Below, in pieces: positions 43,561 through 56,721 of a DNA stretch of 64,000 nt; the stretch's first letter is position 1, and each line of letters begins with the position of its first letter. The DNA lies in NCBI GenBank assembly GCA_951406725.2, contig OX597815.1:62868001-62932000 (forward strand), given 5' to 3'. This DNA comes from Octopus vulgaris (Eukaryota). Below the pieces are notes generated by a model. That model was not told the origin of the DNA. It made no database searches and saw only the letters and a program-made list of their open reading frames with translations. Position numbers and translations under genes: made by a program.

Positions 43561-44862
43561 ATTGGCAAGATTCCGTAGAAAAACACAGGAATCAGGGCCT
43601 GGATGTTGTCAATTTAATTGATCCCAGTTTTTTTTATACCAGGCTCCATGAAACGAAAGGCAAGGTCGATGCTGACAACATTTTTATTCCCAACAATAAT
43701 GTATGTTACTAAATAAGGCAAATACTTTCAGAAACTGTATCTGCAATTCATCGCCCTTTGGGTTTCACATCTAAATTAAATAGTCACCGTAACAACCACA
43801 ACCAAATAACTCGATTTTCTTGGTACAGAACTAATACCATATTCATATATACAGTATAACCGTAATCATGATCACCGCACACACACAGACACATGAGTAC
43901 ATTTCGTTGCTATTAAGATAAACTGTCGTATGTTCACATTTGGCTAAATGCCTTTTTTTTTTTCTTTTTTTTTCAACATTTAATTTTGCTTGCAATAGCC
44001 GGTTCTATCGTATCTCCGGCTGCTTCAGATGCCAAAGTATGAAAACTGTCAAAGTGTAGTACAACGGTTTAGAATTTCTCTAAAGTGTAACAAGTCCCAC
44101 ATACAAAAGATTTACAAGGAGTTACGATTTTATACATCCAGCAAAGTTTAATTGTTAAGCGGAAAGTGTTATTAATGTAAAAAGAAATGGAGTGGTAAAA
44201 CTATTTGTTCGTTTTCTGAAACAGTAACGCTTTGGACTTACGACACTTTTGCATGATAACAAAGATGTATGTGTGTGGGGGGGAGGGGTACGTGTGAATG
44301 TTTATGCGTGTGTTTGTAGGGGTGGTAAAATACACTTATAGTGTCTCCATTTCTCTCTAACATGCAGACATACACGCAGACACAAGCGCGCGCACACACA
44401 TACACACATCCTGTTTTCAGCTGCATCCTGTTCCAATAGGCGCAGCCGTGGATTGACCGCTGCCATATCTAATACGTTCTTAAATTCACGAATAAACTAT
44501 TTTCAACATCTCTAACATAGGAGCGAGCCCATCCTCATCAGACATTTTAGGAAATTGGAAGCTGGGAAGATAACCCATTTTAAATGCATGCAGTAAGCGA
44601 GTAGAGAAGCTGCTATGAGGATTAGCAATACTAAATGCAAATGTGAAGTGCGGAAATATATCTGTGGAACGCCATCTTGATTTCATATTCATTGACCTCT
44701 GAACTTCCATCCTACATTGTATTCACTCATCTAACACTTCACTTTTATGGTTATCCTTGCACACATACCTGCACATACGCCATATCTAAGCGTACAAATA
44801 TATACAGCTTTATTTATATTATTTACAATTGACGGATATTTGTCCTCATCTTGTTTGTTGTT

Positions 44863-44908
44863 AACACAACGTTTCGGCTGATATACCCTTCAGCCTTCAT
44901 CAGGTGTT
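44863..44908 (-). ncRNA. Minimal type I hammerhead ribozyme motif (no helix III loop)
   Basis: aacac-CTGATGA-a-ggctg..cagcc-GAAAC-GTT-gtgtt; perfect 5-bp stems I and II. Confidence 0.7.
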
Positions 44909-44965
44909 TTGGGGAAATTTCGAACATGGATTCTCATTCCTAAGGTATTATTATTATTATTATTA

Positions 44966-45020
<55 letters not shown>

Positions 45021-45039
45021 CATTATTATTATTATTCAG

Positions 45040-45112
45040 GTCACTGCTTGGAATCGAACTCGGAATCCTTGGGTTAGTAGCGCGCGCTCTTAACCACTAC
45101 ACCATATGCCCG
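45040..45112 (-). promoter_or_regulatory. tRNA-derived Pol III internal promoter (A and B boxes)
   Basis: A box TGGTGTAGTGG (45104-45094) and B box GAGTTCGATTCC (45061-45050), with tRNA-like spacing. Confidence 0.75.
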
Positions 45113-45140
45113 AAGGCATATGACGTAGTGGTTTCCCCAA

Positions 45141-45186
45141 GATACCTGATGAAGGCTGTAGGGTATATCAGCCGAAACGTTGTGTT
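45141..45186 (+). ncRNA. Minimal type I hammerhead ribozyme motif
   Basis: gatac-CTGATGA-a-ggctg..cagcc-GAAAC-GTT-gtgtt (stem I has G-U pairs). Confidence 0.65.
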
Positions 45187-45223
45187 AACAATAAACAAGA
45201 TGATGACAAATATCCGTCAATTG

Positions 45224-45533
45224 TTTTGTTGTTTTTGTTCCTTATCGAGCCATGCCTGGCACATAATGGCCGATTTCCCGGTTTCCTTGGCCTATAGGTT
45301 CCCCACCTGGACGGGACGCGGTCCGTCGCAGGTGAACTGCAAGATGCAGGAGGAAAGAGTGAGAGAAAGTCGTGGCGAAAGAATCAGCAGAAGTTCGCCA
45401 TTACCTTCTGCCGGAGCCGCGTAGAGCTTAGGTGTTTCGCTCATAAACACATACATCGCCCGGTCTGAGATTCGAACCCGCGATCCCTCGACCGCGATTC
45501 CGCTGCTCTAACGACTAGGCCATGTGCCTCCAC
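45224..45533 (-). mobile_element. tRNA-derived SINE, family C, with (AAC)-rich tail and TSD
   Basis: Head ggaggcacatggcctagtcgttagagc...gggttcgaatctc; TSD ccg(t/g)caattg at 45214-45223 and 45534-45543. Confidence 0.85.
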
Positions 45534-45625
45534 CCGGCAATTGTAAATAATGTAAATAATGTTCATAATTCCTCATCTCTTAAATATAGATCTGTAATAT
45601 ACAGCTTTGTATTATATTTAAATAT

Positions 45626-45842
45626 AAGGCGGTGAACTGGCAGAATCATTAGCACGCCGGATCAAATGCCGCTAAGCATTTTGCTCGTCTTTACTTTTTG
45701 AGGTCAAATTCCGTTGCGGCCGGCTTTGCCTTGCATCATATCTGGGTCGTTAGAATAAGTACCACTCAAGCACTAGGTGTCGACATAATCGACTCGACCC
45801 TCCCGCCATATTTCAGGTCTTGTATCGATAGTAGAAAAGATT
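45626..45842 (+). mobile_element. SINE family B
   Basis: aaggcggtgaactggcagaatcattagcacgccgg...ggtcaaattcc...ctttgcctt..cat...agtacca. Confidence 0.7.
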
Positions 45843-45855
45843 ATATATATATATA

Positions 45856-46311
45856 TATTTAATTTAGAGATAGTATACCCCTACTTCTCACCAAATAAAA
45901 ATATTTTTTATTTTTATTTTAAATACCTACTGTTTTATTCCTTGGCAACACGTGTTTCATGAGGTACACCTCGGGTTCCTAAACCACTTCGTGTTTCCCT
46001 GGAACCCCTCTCAAGATACCACCCCAATCATCAGGCCCTTATAACTTTATCAATGTTCAATACAATAAACTATATTTTAATTTTAAATCCCATAAATATG
46101 TTTAAATTAGGTATGTTTAGGAACCCGAGGATGTACCTCATGAAACACGTGTTGTCAAGGAATAAAACAGTAGGTATTTAAAATAAAAATAAAAATTCTT
46201 TTTATTTGGTGAGAAGTAGGGGTATACTATCTCTAAATTAAAATATATTTCTTCATTGAGAATAATTTGAACCTGTTATGCCGGAATTGTTATTCCCTAA
46301 AAGATCATATT

Positions 46312-46312
<1 letters not shown>
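45856..46312. mobile_element. Fold-back element (arms 45856-45985 / 46115-46246, ~65-nt right tail) between (TA)n and (CA)n
   Basis: Near-identical ~130-bp inverted arms; a complete hammerhead on the minus strand. Confidence 0.8.
45944..46037 (-). ncRNA. Type I hammerhead ribozyme motif with extended stem II
   Basis: ggc-CTGATGA-ttggggt...acctcat-GAAAC-acgt-GTT-gcc; palindromic ACACGTGT stem III. Confidence 0.7.
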
Positions 46313-46405
<93 letters not shown>

Positions 46406-47204
46406 TGTGTGTGACTGGGATTTCAAATGTCACAATTAACCGTTTATTCCATCAGCTTAAAAACCAGCCGTCAAAAACGAAACTTGAGGTGGCAGTGAAA
46501 TCAGTTTTGCTCCATTAAAGTACTGTCCTACCATCAACAAATGTTTTGTTGTTTTCTACTAGTTGTTCAATTACCACCAATTGATTTGTGCTGCAAAACA
46601 TTTCCTGTGCGTCGCTTGTTTTCTTGATTCTTGACGCAAATACTCAATCAAGGGCTTTGTGGTTGTGTGTCATCGATGCTAATGCATGGTTGTGGTGCGG
46701 TGCTGTTAGGTACAGGTTGAAGGAGGACCACTGTCTTACAGAGGCAGATTGTCGAAATGAACAACATGTATATAGCGGAGAATCTATGAACAATTGTTTG
46801 AAAATGTATTTTCTTCCATTTTGTGGTGTGCCATGAGTGTACCGTCGTCAGCAGAGAACGCGCTTCCGGAGGGTCTTTACATGCGCAACGAGATGACGTA
46901 AATCGAATAGTAATCCATCCAAATGGTATTTGATGTAAATGCTCAGATTTAGGCTTCTGGTAGCATGAAGTAGGAATGCTGTAACGCTACACAAGTGAAG
47001 ATTGCATTCCGAAACACATCGTTCATCGTTTATTTTGCTTCAGCCATTGGACTGCAGCCATGCTGAAACACTGCATTGAAGAGTTTAATCGAACTTTTTT
47101 CTTTTGTTTTGAAAGTCTGATATTTATTGTATCGATCTCTTATCGCCAAGGTTTTCAAGAGGTGGCGAAGGACAAACACAAACACAAAAGCATACACAAA
47201 TAGA

Positions 47205-47560
47205 TACGGTAACAAGTTTACTTCCCAACCACATGGTTCTGGTTTCAGGGCAAGTGTCTTCTACTATATCCTTGTACTACTCAGAGCCTTTTGAATGGAT
47301 TTGATAGACGGTAGCTGAAAAACGTGATCGTATTCATGTATGTGTGTGTGTGCGTGTGTATATGTGTGTGAGTATCTGTGTTCGTTCCCCGGTGTTGGTG
47401 TGTTTACGCACCCGTAACTTAGTGGTTCTGCAAAAGTGACCGACGGAATAAATACCAAGCTTTAAAAAGTACTGGAGACGATTTGTTCGACTAAAATTCT
47501 TCAAGGCGGTGCTCCAGCATAGCCACAGATCAGTGATAGAAACAAATTAAAAATAAAAGA
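47205..47560 (+). mobile_element. SINE family A (degenerate)
   Basis: ccaaccacatggttc...gggcaagtgtcttctactata...aaggcggtgctccagcat. Confidence 0.7.
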
Positions 47561-48505
47561 TATACGAAGGGCTTCTTTGAGTTTCCGTTTAGCAAGTCCA
47601 CCACAAGGCGTTGGTCACCCTGGTGTCTCGCAACCAAGAACCTTGTGGCTAGGAAGCAAACTTCTTACCACATAGACACACATGCAACCGAAACTTTTAA
47701 ATTATCTGTAAAGAAGCAACTTTTTTTTTTATCTTTTTAAAAATGGCAAAAGTGTGCATATTTGTTGTGGTATAATTGTTTGTCATTTCTAATCGGTCTG
47801 GTTCGAAATTTAAGAAGTAGTGGATAAACTTGTACAACGTCACAAAGGCGCTTTCCTATGCAATAAAAAAGACAATTCATTAAGCATTCATCTTTAAAAA
47901 GCAAAACCAAACAGATACAAAAAGATGTAAGATACGTTGAATGAAACAATATCTTTCAAATAACTGACAACTGACCAGCAATGGACGTCGACTAATAACT
48001 AATACAGCGCCTGCATGTATGTCACATTTGATGCCACTTCAAAATCATCTCAACTCAGTTCACTATAAAACGTCATGAAATGGTGTGCAGGCCAGTAATT
48101 TTAGCCAGTGTTTTCGTTTTTGTTGTTTCACCACTTAGGAACCCTTGAAAACGAGTCGAATACACTCGAAACGTTGCTAACAACATAATTCAGGAAGTTG
48201 TACTTTTAACGAGCAGAGACTAACTCGAAACATCTGTGAACAAGGAAAAACTCAACATTAAAATTGTCGATGGGACCTATATCCACTGTAGAAGCATCAT
48301 TAGGGTTTTAATAGAAGGAAAAAATAACTTGCTGTTCATATAGAGGTGTGTATGTGTACTTCTTTACGCGTGTATATGTGTGTTGCGTGTGTGTCTAAAC
48401 ATACATATTTACACGCACTCACACACATATATATAAATGTATGCATTTATACATACTTATATGTATATGTATATATATATATATGTATGTATGTATATAT
48501 GTATG

Positions 48506-48550
<45 letters not shown>

Positions 48551-48859
48551 GCATACGTATATATACATGCATGTATACATACATATATATATTTATATAC
48601 ACACACAGATATATGTATGAGTTATTTATATATTTATGAGCTTACAGTGTGTATGGGTGCGTGTGTGTATTTATGTATATTCATATTTTTTGGCATCCCT
48701 AACTAGTTATATATACGAATCGCTGTTTATAATCCCTATTGTGAGAAACGAAGAAAAGAGTTGAGTGGAAACGAGTGGAGGAGAGAGAGAGAGTGAAATG
48801 AAGGGGAAGTAAGGAGTGTATGTGTTATGTATGTGTTATGTATACGAGTGTATGTACGA

Positions 48860-48928
<69 letters not shown>

Positions 48929-49599
48929 GGTACTATAAAACCACTTTAAGTTCCGCTGCTAATGATCAAAACTAGATCCCTAGAGGACGAGTTACTGTTG
49001 AAAGTGCAGCATCTGCGTCTTTACAAATTATTGTAATTTCAGCTGATGCGAAAGCATTACTATCATCATCATCATCATCATCCCTTCCTCCTCCTCCTCT
49101 TCACCATCATCATCATCATTACGGCCAACACCAACACCACCACTACATCGTCATCATCATCATCGTCATCGTCATCATCACCATTACCACCACCATAACC
49201 ATCAACACTGCTACAACAACAAATGCCACCACCAATGTACAACCACCACATCTCCACAACGACGACCACAATCCCAACCCCCACAACCATCACCACCACC
49301 AATACGATCATCAACCACATCATTATCAGCAGCAGCAGTAACAGCACCACTACCACAACTACTTCCATCATCATCATCATCATCATCACTCTCAACACTT
49401 CTGCGATTAACATCAAAAACAGCAATAATAATAAAAAATTATTTTCGTCAAAGTATTGTCAGATGTCTCGTTACAATCCTATTACAACCTCCACCACCAC
49501 CACCACCACCACCACCACCACTGCGCCATATTGCTACAAAACGCAGTCTTATCCAACAGCATAATATCACGTCCAGCCACAACCTCACATCACTGCTAC

Positions 49600-50260
49600 A
49601 CTACATTACAATGAAACACCTTAATGTGCTCACGTGATCTAGAAAGAGAAATCTTATGAGGAATCGTTTGCGGAATCATTTGTCTAGGTATACTCAGTTC
49701 TTCACTCAGCGGAAGTTGGTACCAAAGAAACTGTCCTGCAAGCGGAACACATCCTACCTACCTCCACAAAAATATGGATGAGCAAGTGCTTCGTTCTAGT
49801 CAACTATGAAGCGGGCAAGGTCTAACGGTTAGACAGTAATAGATGATCGATGGAATATAGATATTCAATCTCCTCCACCTGGTTTTTCGGCTAGTATTTC
49901 TTCTCGGCTCGTTTCTGGATCGGACTAAGTACTCTGCTCGACTCCTTTCCCTATTTGTTGTCCACCTGGATGTCTGCGCCAAGCCTAACCAAGCCCCACC
50001 CCCAAGTAATTTAACAGTCCGTCCTACATCCTAAGCCCTACGACTTACGCCCTACACCCTACGCACTACTCCCTTCGGCGCTATTTGATGGTGTGGATCT
50101 GTCTTTCCAGGGCCAACAACTACATGTAAATTTTCGCTCCTGGTACCACCCCATATTCCTTTAGAATATTGTCGATCACCTCGAAGTGTTTCATGCCTAA
50201 TATTACGACTGTGACGTCGTCTGCATACGCAAATACGGATCTTCTGCATCCTATTTCCCG
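49600..50260 (-). mobile_element. Decayed L1/Tx1-clade RT fragment
   Basis: VFAYADDVTVV...LKEYGVVPGAKI...VKLLGV...LNIYIPSIIYYCLTV; many disruptions. Confidence 0.7.
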
Positions 50261-53044
50261 CGATATACCCTCCCACCCCAACTAACCCACACACCAAATC
50301 CTCCAGCTTCTACAGTAGTGACTGTAAGTCTACCAATATATACACAAGGAGAGAGAGAGATAAAGATAAAGGAGAGAGATAGAAAGAGATTGACAGACAA
50401 GAAGACAGGCTGACGAAAAGAGAAAGAGGGAAAGAGAGAGAAAGAGAGAAAAAAAAAAGAGAGAGAGAGAGAGAGAAAGGTGGTACCCTTCACAAACACT
50501 TGTTACTGAAAAGACTACTGATTCTGGCTACCGAGCAAATGTTCTCTACATTACAGCGATCCACCTTCTGAAGACAAGCTCGAAACCAACTACTTTCAAG
50601 ACCAATTGCTGATAGTTGACTTTTCCGAAAGCTCAGCTGATCCAAATTGATCAGTGCCCTATACATACTAGGTTCTTTACTCGTTCTTTCTACTATGTTT
50701 TGCGGTAGGTGAACGGTGTCGTGGATAGATGTGTTAGATATGTGACCGGCCTTTCTTTGAAGTTCGGATGATTTTATCTCTTTTTCGCTGAAAGAATTCC
50801 AGTACGGCTTTGGATGTTTGTCTTTTATTCGGGAGCCAAAAATTTTGGAGATTGAATTTTGGCTTAGCCCGTCTATGGTCAGTCCAATGTTCTGTTTCCC
50901 TTATAGCTCAGGTATCTCACCTTCCTCTTACGTGGATAGTAAGCTCATTGACGATTGTCCTTAAATATTAGATATATATATATATGCAGTCTTAGAAATA
51001 TTTGCTGCCCTGAAACCTGTTGGCAATAATAAGATAGTTCCTTACACGCATACTCAGAAGGACTCATTCATTATACACCATCTCCCCTTACCATCACTGA
51101 CTGTGGGTACCAAGTATTGAAATCTCCTTGCAAGTCGGTACCAGTAAAGAGTCATAACTCTTGTAGAACGTCTTGCCATTATCTCCGTTTACAGAGTATG
51201 AGCACGAGCAATGGTTATATAATAAGTTATAGCAAGATGCTAAATAATATCGAAACCTAATGAAACACTTGACGGTTGATCGGTCTGTTGCATGAAGAAG
51301 ACTGCCTTAATATCCAACCAAACTGCTTATGAAATATGTGCATGTTTGGCGTGTAGTGCTTAGGTCGCTGAGGGAAAAGTTTAGGATGGTCATATCATCG
51401 TTGTTGGAACTGGCAACAAATATAGAAGAGAATATAGGACAAAATAATAGCTTGAATCATTCCAGAGTTGATTGCGACTGGGACAGAAATAATTCCGTCA
51501 ACATACACTACTTTGGAGGGATGTGATAAGAAACTAGTGACTGAAGAGGCCTTTATCACAGCATCTTGTTGGGAACAAAGATGTCAATTAAGAATCAAAT
51601 TTGTTTCTTAACTACAAAAAGATGTTCTTTTCTAAAAACTTGTTGTGCCATTTCTACTTCAGGTAGCAAGGAAAAATGTTTTATTCTGTTTGTTTCTACA
51701 GCAAAAACTTCATTAGCCTGCCGCATCAGCACAGCGTTTACTTACAACAGTTGCTAGTGTATGGGACACATTTTCTAGTGCCATCCGATAAGTGACAAAG
51801 TGTCTGAGAATGTGTCGAACGTATTTACTGCTCTAAACACAGAAATTTTGTAGTAATATCTACACATCACTACGGACCTAAACTTAGGACTGAGGTCTGT
51901 CGGAAAGCCCTGTCTTTGTAGCGTATAAATGACTGAGATTGCAACTCTACACTATGAGCAGAAGGCCGGTCTATCGCTGAGTTAACCTCTCTGGTTTTGC
52001 TGGACCTCAATTGCAGATGAATGAACTGGAGCGACGTGAAGCGAAATGTTCTGCTTAAGAACACAATGCACTGCTCGGTCTGGAATCAGAATCCACCATC
52101 TTGCCATCGTGGATGAACTCTAATAGGGTACGAGATTTTACCACCACTAAAACAAGAAACATTGTCTTAACTATTGTGTGAGTGAATTAGCCTTTGTTAC
52201 GGTGTAAACCCGGTGAGACATGAAACAGTAAAACTTTGATTAAATGGATTGCAACCATATTTTTAGGAGAATGTCGGATGATATTAGTCAACAAGACAAT
52301 CTCAGGTAATCGGCTGTGATTTAAAAACAAATTAGTAACTATTTTTAGCAATTTGAGTGACTGCATAGAGGGCCTGTTGTACAAGTTGTACCATAAAAGT
52401 ATCACCGCTTTAATGACAAGAAGTAAAAACTTAGAAGCACAATTGCATCACAGTAACGAGTAAGTTACTTCAATTGCCAGGAACGATCAAGTCTTCTTTC
52501 GTGGCTCTCGTATATTTTGGAGAATCAACTTGTTGGGCGTTGATTTATTCTAACCATTTCCTGTCCTCAACACAGGTAACCTGAATTGGCTTCACATTCA
52601 AGAACAAACACCTCATTACTAATAGCATTTTACCCCACACAACCATTTCAGCTGGTTGTTGTTGTTAAGTTCTAGGTCAGCCGTGGCAGGGATTTTCCAC
52701 AGTCAAAAGAGTTCTAGCCATGACTATACCCAACATTATTTTCCAGATTGGTATATATATGATGCTAGGATTAATTTGAGGTAGATTTTACTACTACTTC
52801 TTGCAGGGTAAGCAACTGTAAAAGGACACCCTTCGGTGGACTGTCTGTCATTTAATAGTTTTAGTTCAGCCATTTATCAATGTGTGTCTGCTGTCACATG
52901 TACAGTACAGATGAGGGTTGTGTCTCAGGTGGGGATCAAAGCTATACACCTGAAGAAATATATCCTCAGCTAGGAATCATTACAGATAGAGTCTGTTCTG
53001 TGTCTGTTTTCTACTTTATATTGCCCCCGTCAACGTCAGGGCAT

Positions 53045-53091
<47 letters not shown>

Positions 53092-53855
53092 CCATCATCA
53101 TCATCACCATCATCATCATCTTCATCATCATCATCAACAACAAAAACAACATCAACACTATTAACGCAATAATTACTATCGGCCTATATACCCGGAAACA
53201 TTGATGTAGAAGAATTAGCGCGAACGTTTTCACTGGTTACATAGTTTCTTTTCAAATGGAAAAACCAGCATTTACACACACACACACGCACACGCACACA
53301 CAACTTGTTATATATATATATACAGACATATATGCTTATATCCGTTCGTACGTGTGATTATGCACACCTACACAGCCACACACTCACACACACTCACGCA
53401 CACGCACGTGCGCGCACAAACACACATATATGTGTGTGTAGATCGTAGGTAGCTATTAAGAAAATTCATTATCGAAAACCTAGTTAAATCATCGGATTGG
53501 AAGAGATTTGGACAGACATCTTAGTGACATTAATCTCTCACCGATGACAGAATTCTGTCTATTAACCTTATAGCACGCCATGATATTTGGAGGCTGAGAA
53601 AATTGTAGATCATGTTTAGTAGTGAAACAATTTTGATGGCTGCACAACTTGATAACCAGACCAGTTGAAACCTCAAGAGAGAATCTTTGTAATGTTTCTT
53701 ATTTCTCGGTTGATTTAAACATAGCCCTCTGGTTTCAAAACAACCAAACATAGAAACTTGTATTCCACATCAGTGAATATATCGTCTTCTCTCTGCTCCT
53801 CCGTAACTTTGTTGACTCTCTATAACTATGTGTGTGTGCGTGTATACATACATAT

Positions 53856-53988
<133 letters not shown>

Positions 53989-54050
53989 CATAGATAGATA
54001 TAAACATATATGTATCTCTCTATATATGTATATATAAATATATTTGCATA

Positions 54051-54104
<54 letters not shown>

Positions 54105-54852
54105 GTATATGTAGATTGAGAGATATAGATATATTGTATATGTCTCTGTGTGTGCGTGTATCTATTTGTGCGTCTATGTCTAATATAGACTCACAAATAT
54201 TGAAACTACCCTCCTAGTGTTGTCGCTCTCTATCAGCTATTTTACCTCGTAACCCTCTTCACTGTTGTCTCAATTTTCTAAGCGCATCAATGAAGTATTT
54301 CTCGACAATCCTTGCTTCTTCTCTATCAAGAATTCCATCATTATTGTTCTTCCCGACGTTTTTCCGTCAATGTTTTTCTCCAGTATTGTCTGATCTTTAT
54401 ATGTTCCACACCGAACATTAGCCGTGTTAAGACAGGAAACTCTCATTTGTTATATATACATATATTTATATGTATGTATGTATGAATGTATGTATGTATG
54501 TATGTATGTATGTATGTATGTATGTATGTATGTATGTACATTTAAGACGGTGAAGAAAAAATGATATAAGTATTGTTTCACTTTTATTGCTCACCTCTTA
54601 ATTCCACAAAGTCTCTACACCTTTGTTTCTTTAATCTGAAAATCTCGTCATCATTAAGGCATATAAGCCAACTATAAATTTAATCTCGGTCGCTTCAAAT
54701 TAACAAGGATGTCTTCTTTGACAATCTCCCTTCTATTTTAGGTGTCGATGCAGTCACGATCAGACACAACTCCCCAGTCATCCAACTTTTGACCCAGCAG
54801 AATGTGAGGAATTTTACATCCGGAAGGAGAGAAAGGGAATGAAATAGAGGAT

Positions 54853-54899
<47 letters not shown>

Positions 54900-55831
54900 G
54901 AAAGAGATATCAGCATGCACTTGACTGGCACTCATTTTCAGTTGGGTAAATTGTAGCAATGGGAAATGATACACTTTACCCTAAAACACAACGTGGAGTC
55001 CGGTCCAAGAATAGAACCCACGATCTTGTAATCGTGGACCTAACGGCCTAATTACTAGGCCACGCAGCTTCACTGAACAGTATAATGACACATAAACTTG
55101 TAATGATATATTTACTGCATTTAATAAGGAAACAATATTGTATACCAATGTAGTACTTCACTGTTGTACTTCATTATTGTACTTCACTGCAGATGGAGAC
55201 TTCACAATAGCTAATGATATCTTCTAGAAGCCTCTCAAGACTGAGCGCCATAAACTGGTTTTCTTCTTCATGAACAGAAAAGACAACAGTTTTTTTATAG
55301 CTGTAAGCCAGAAAATAAGATTACACTGAAATATTGGCCCAAGATATTGCAGCTGTAACACACAAGGATGCAAGACGAAGAAACCAGATTACAGAAGACA
55401 ATACTACCGTTAAAAAGACCAAAAAGCAAAGTCATGTAAGTAATAAATGTATAGATTTATTTCTTGTGGTGACGATGGAGACAATGGGAACAGCAAAAGG
55501 ACTGCGAGAGTATAGAGAAAAAAACACACTAGGAAATTTTAAGATTGTTGTGATGAGCAATAAAAATGATGTATGCATCTTCTATGTATACTTCTTTACG
55601 CTTTCTTCCTCAGTCTTCAACTTTTAATCCGGCCATGTTTGATTTGGAAAAAGATTACCTCCCTTGCAATAACCGAGCACTAAGGTGTAGCATGTGCTTG
55701 AACTAAGCAGGAGAGATTGGTAGAAAAGGTCAATGGTCGATGTCCAGGTGGACGGAATGAAATACTTTTATCGTGAAACACGATATTGATGACGTCATGA
55801 CAATAAAGGAAACTGATTTGCAACCGCAATA

Positions 55832-56209
55832 TATTCTTTCTCAAATTCTTCATTAAACTCCGACAGGTGATCGGAGTGCAAACATTGCTGTTGATCTTAT
55901 AATATACATAGAACCTGATATCCACAGAGTAGACACGGCTAACAACACTGGAGAAATCCTTTAATACAACGCATTGCAGCAGTACCACCACCACCACCGC
56001 CGCCGCCGCCGCCGCCGCCATCACCATCACCACCACTACCATCATCACCACACCGCTACCAACATCAACAACAACAACGACAACAGCAACACCATCGCTG
56101 CCTCCATCACCACCACCATCATCATCATCACTACCTCCACCTTCACCACCACCACCACTATCACCGCCATTGCCTTATAAATAGGGTATACACATCCAAC
56201 AGCAACATT
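55832..56209. repeat. ~380-bp direct repeat, copy 1
   Basis: Near-identical to 58274-58679, including the unique flanks and the (CAC/CAT/CAA)n core. Confidence 0.95.
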
Positions 56210-56721
56210 TTGTCCTTCAAAATACCATCCTTCTCACTTCAACATGCACAATACTTTCTGATGCCAAAATATATAATTGTCTCACAACTTAGATTCCTTT
56301 ACATCCCAATTAACCTCCACCCGCATGCCTTCATAAGTCAACATGCTAATTATAACACCTGTCTTGGACATCGCTTACTGCCCCACACACATAGGTATTA
56401 GAACCACGTGACTTATAAGCTAAATTAATTATACATGCAACAAAACACAGCTAAACATTAACCACAAACACTTTCCTACCAACCATAAATAGCAAAATCT
56501 ATTCGACAGCAACAGCAGAGAAATTAATCACAGTACGCCATTTAAATGACAGAGCATATTTAAGAGATCTGCTACAAATTCATAGCATAAAAAAAGAATT
56601 AGCTTGGTCAGGGGAAAGCTAACAGGGGAGAAAAGATCAAAAGAATGGTCTCATATATGTGTATGTGCTGTACTTGTCTGAGGGCGTGCGCGTATATGGT
56701 GTGTCTGTGTGTCTGTGTATA

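Larger units (their letters stand above)
44812..45597. mobile_element. Head-to-head inverted dimer of a tRNA-head + (AAT)n + hammerhead element; right arm deleted internally and interrupted by a SINE
   Basis: Central hairpin aaccactacaccatatgcc-cgaa-ggcatatgacgtagtggtt (45092-45133); inverted arms 44822-44916 vs 45133-45223 plus 45544-45550; flanking direct repeat atatacagcttt near 44800 and 45598. Confidence 0.8.

Noticed and set aside
45040-45531. tRNA genes
   Set aside because: A and B boxes are present but no complete cloverleaf or acceptor stem; these are SINE-type heads.
50565-50595. CTGAAGA-caagctc-GAAAC
   Set aside because: Stem II is too short and there is no stem I or cleavage triplet.
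51000-51750. Possible very old R4/Dong RT remnant on the minus strand (AINSGMIQAIILSY)
   Set aside because: The similarity is too weak to support without a search.
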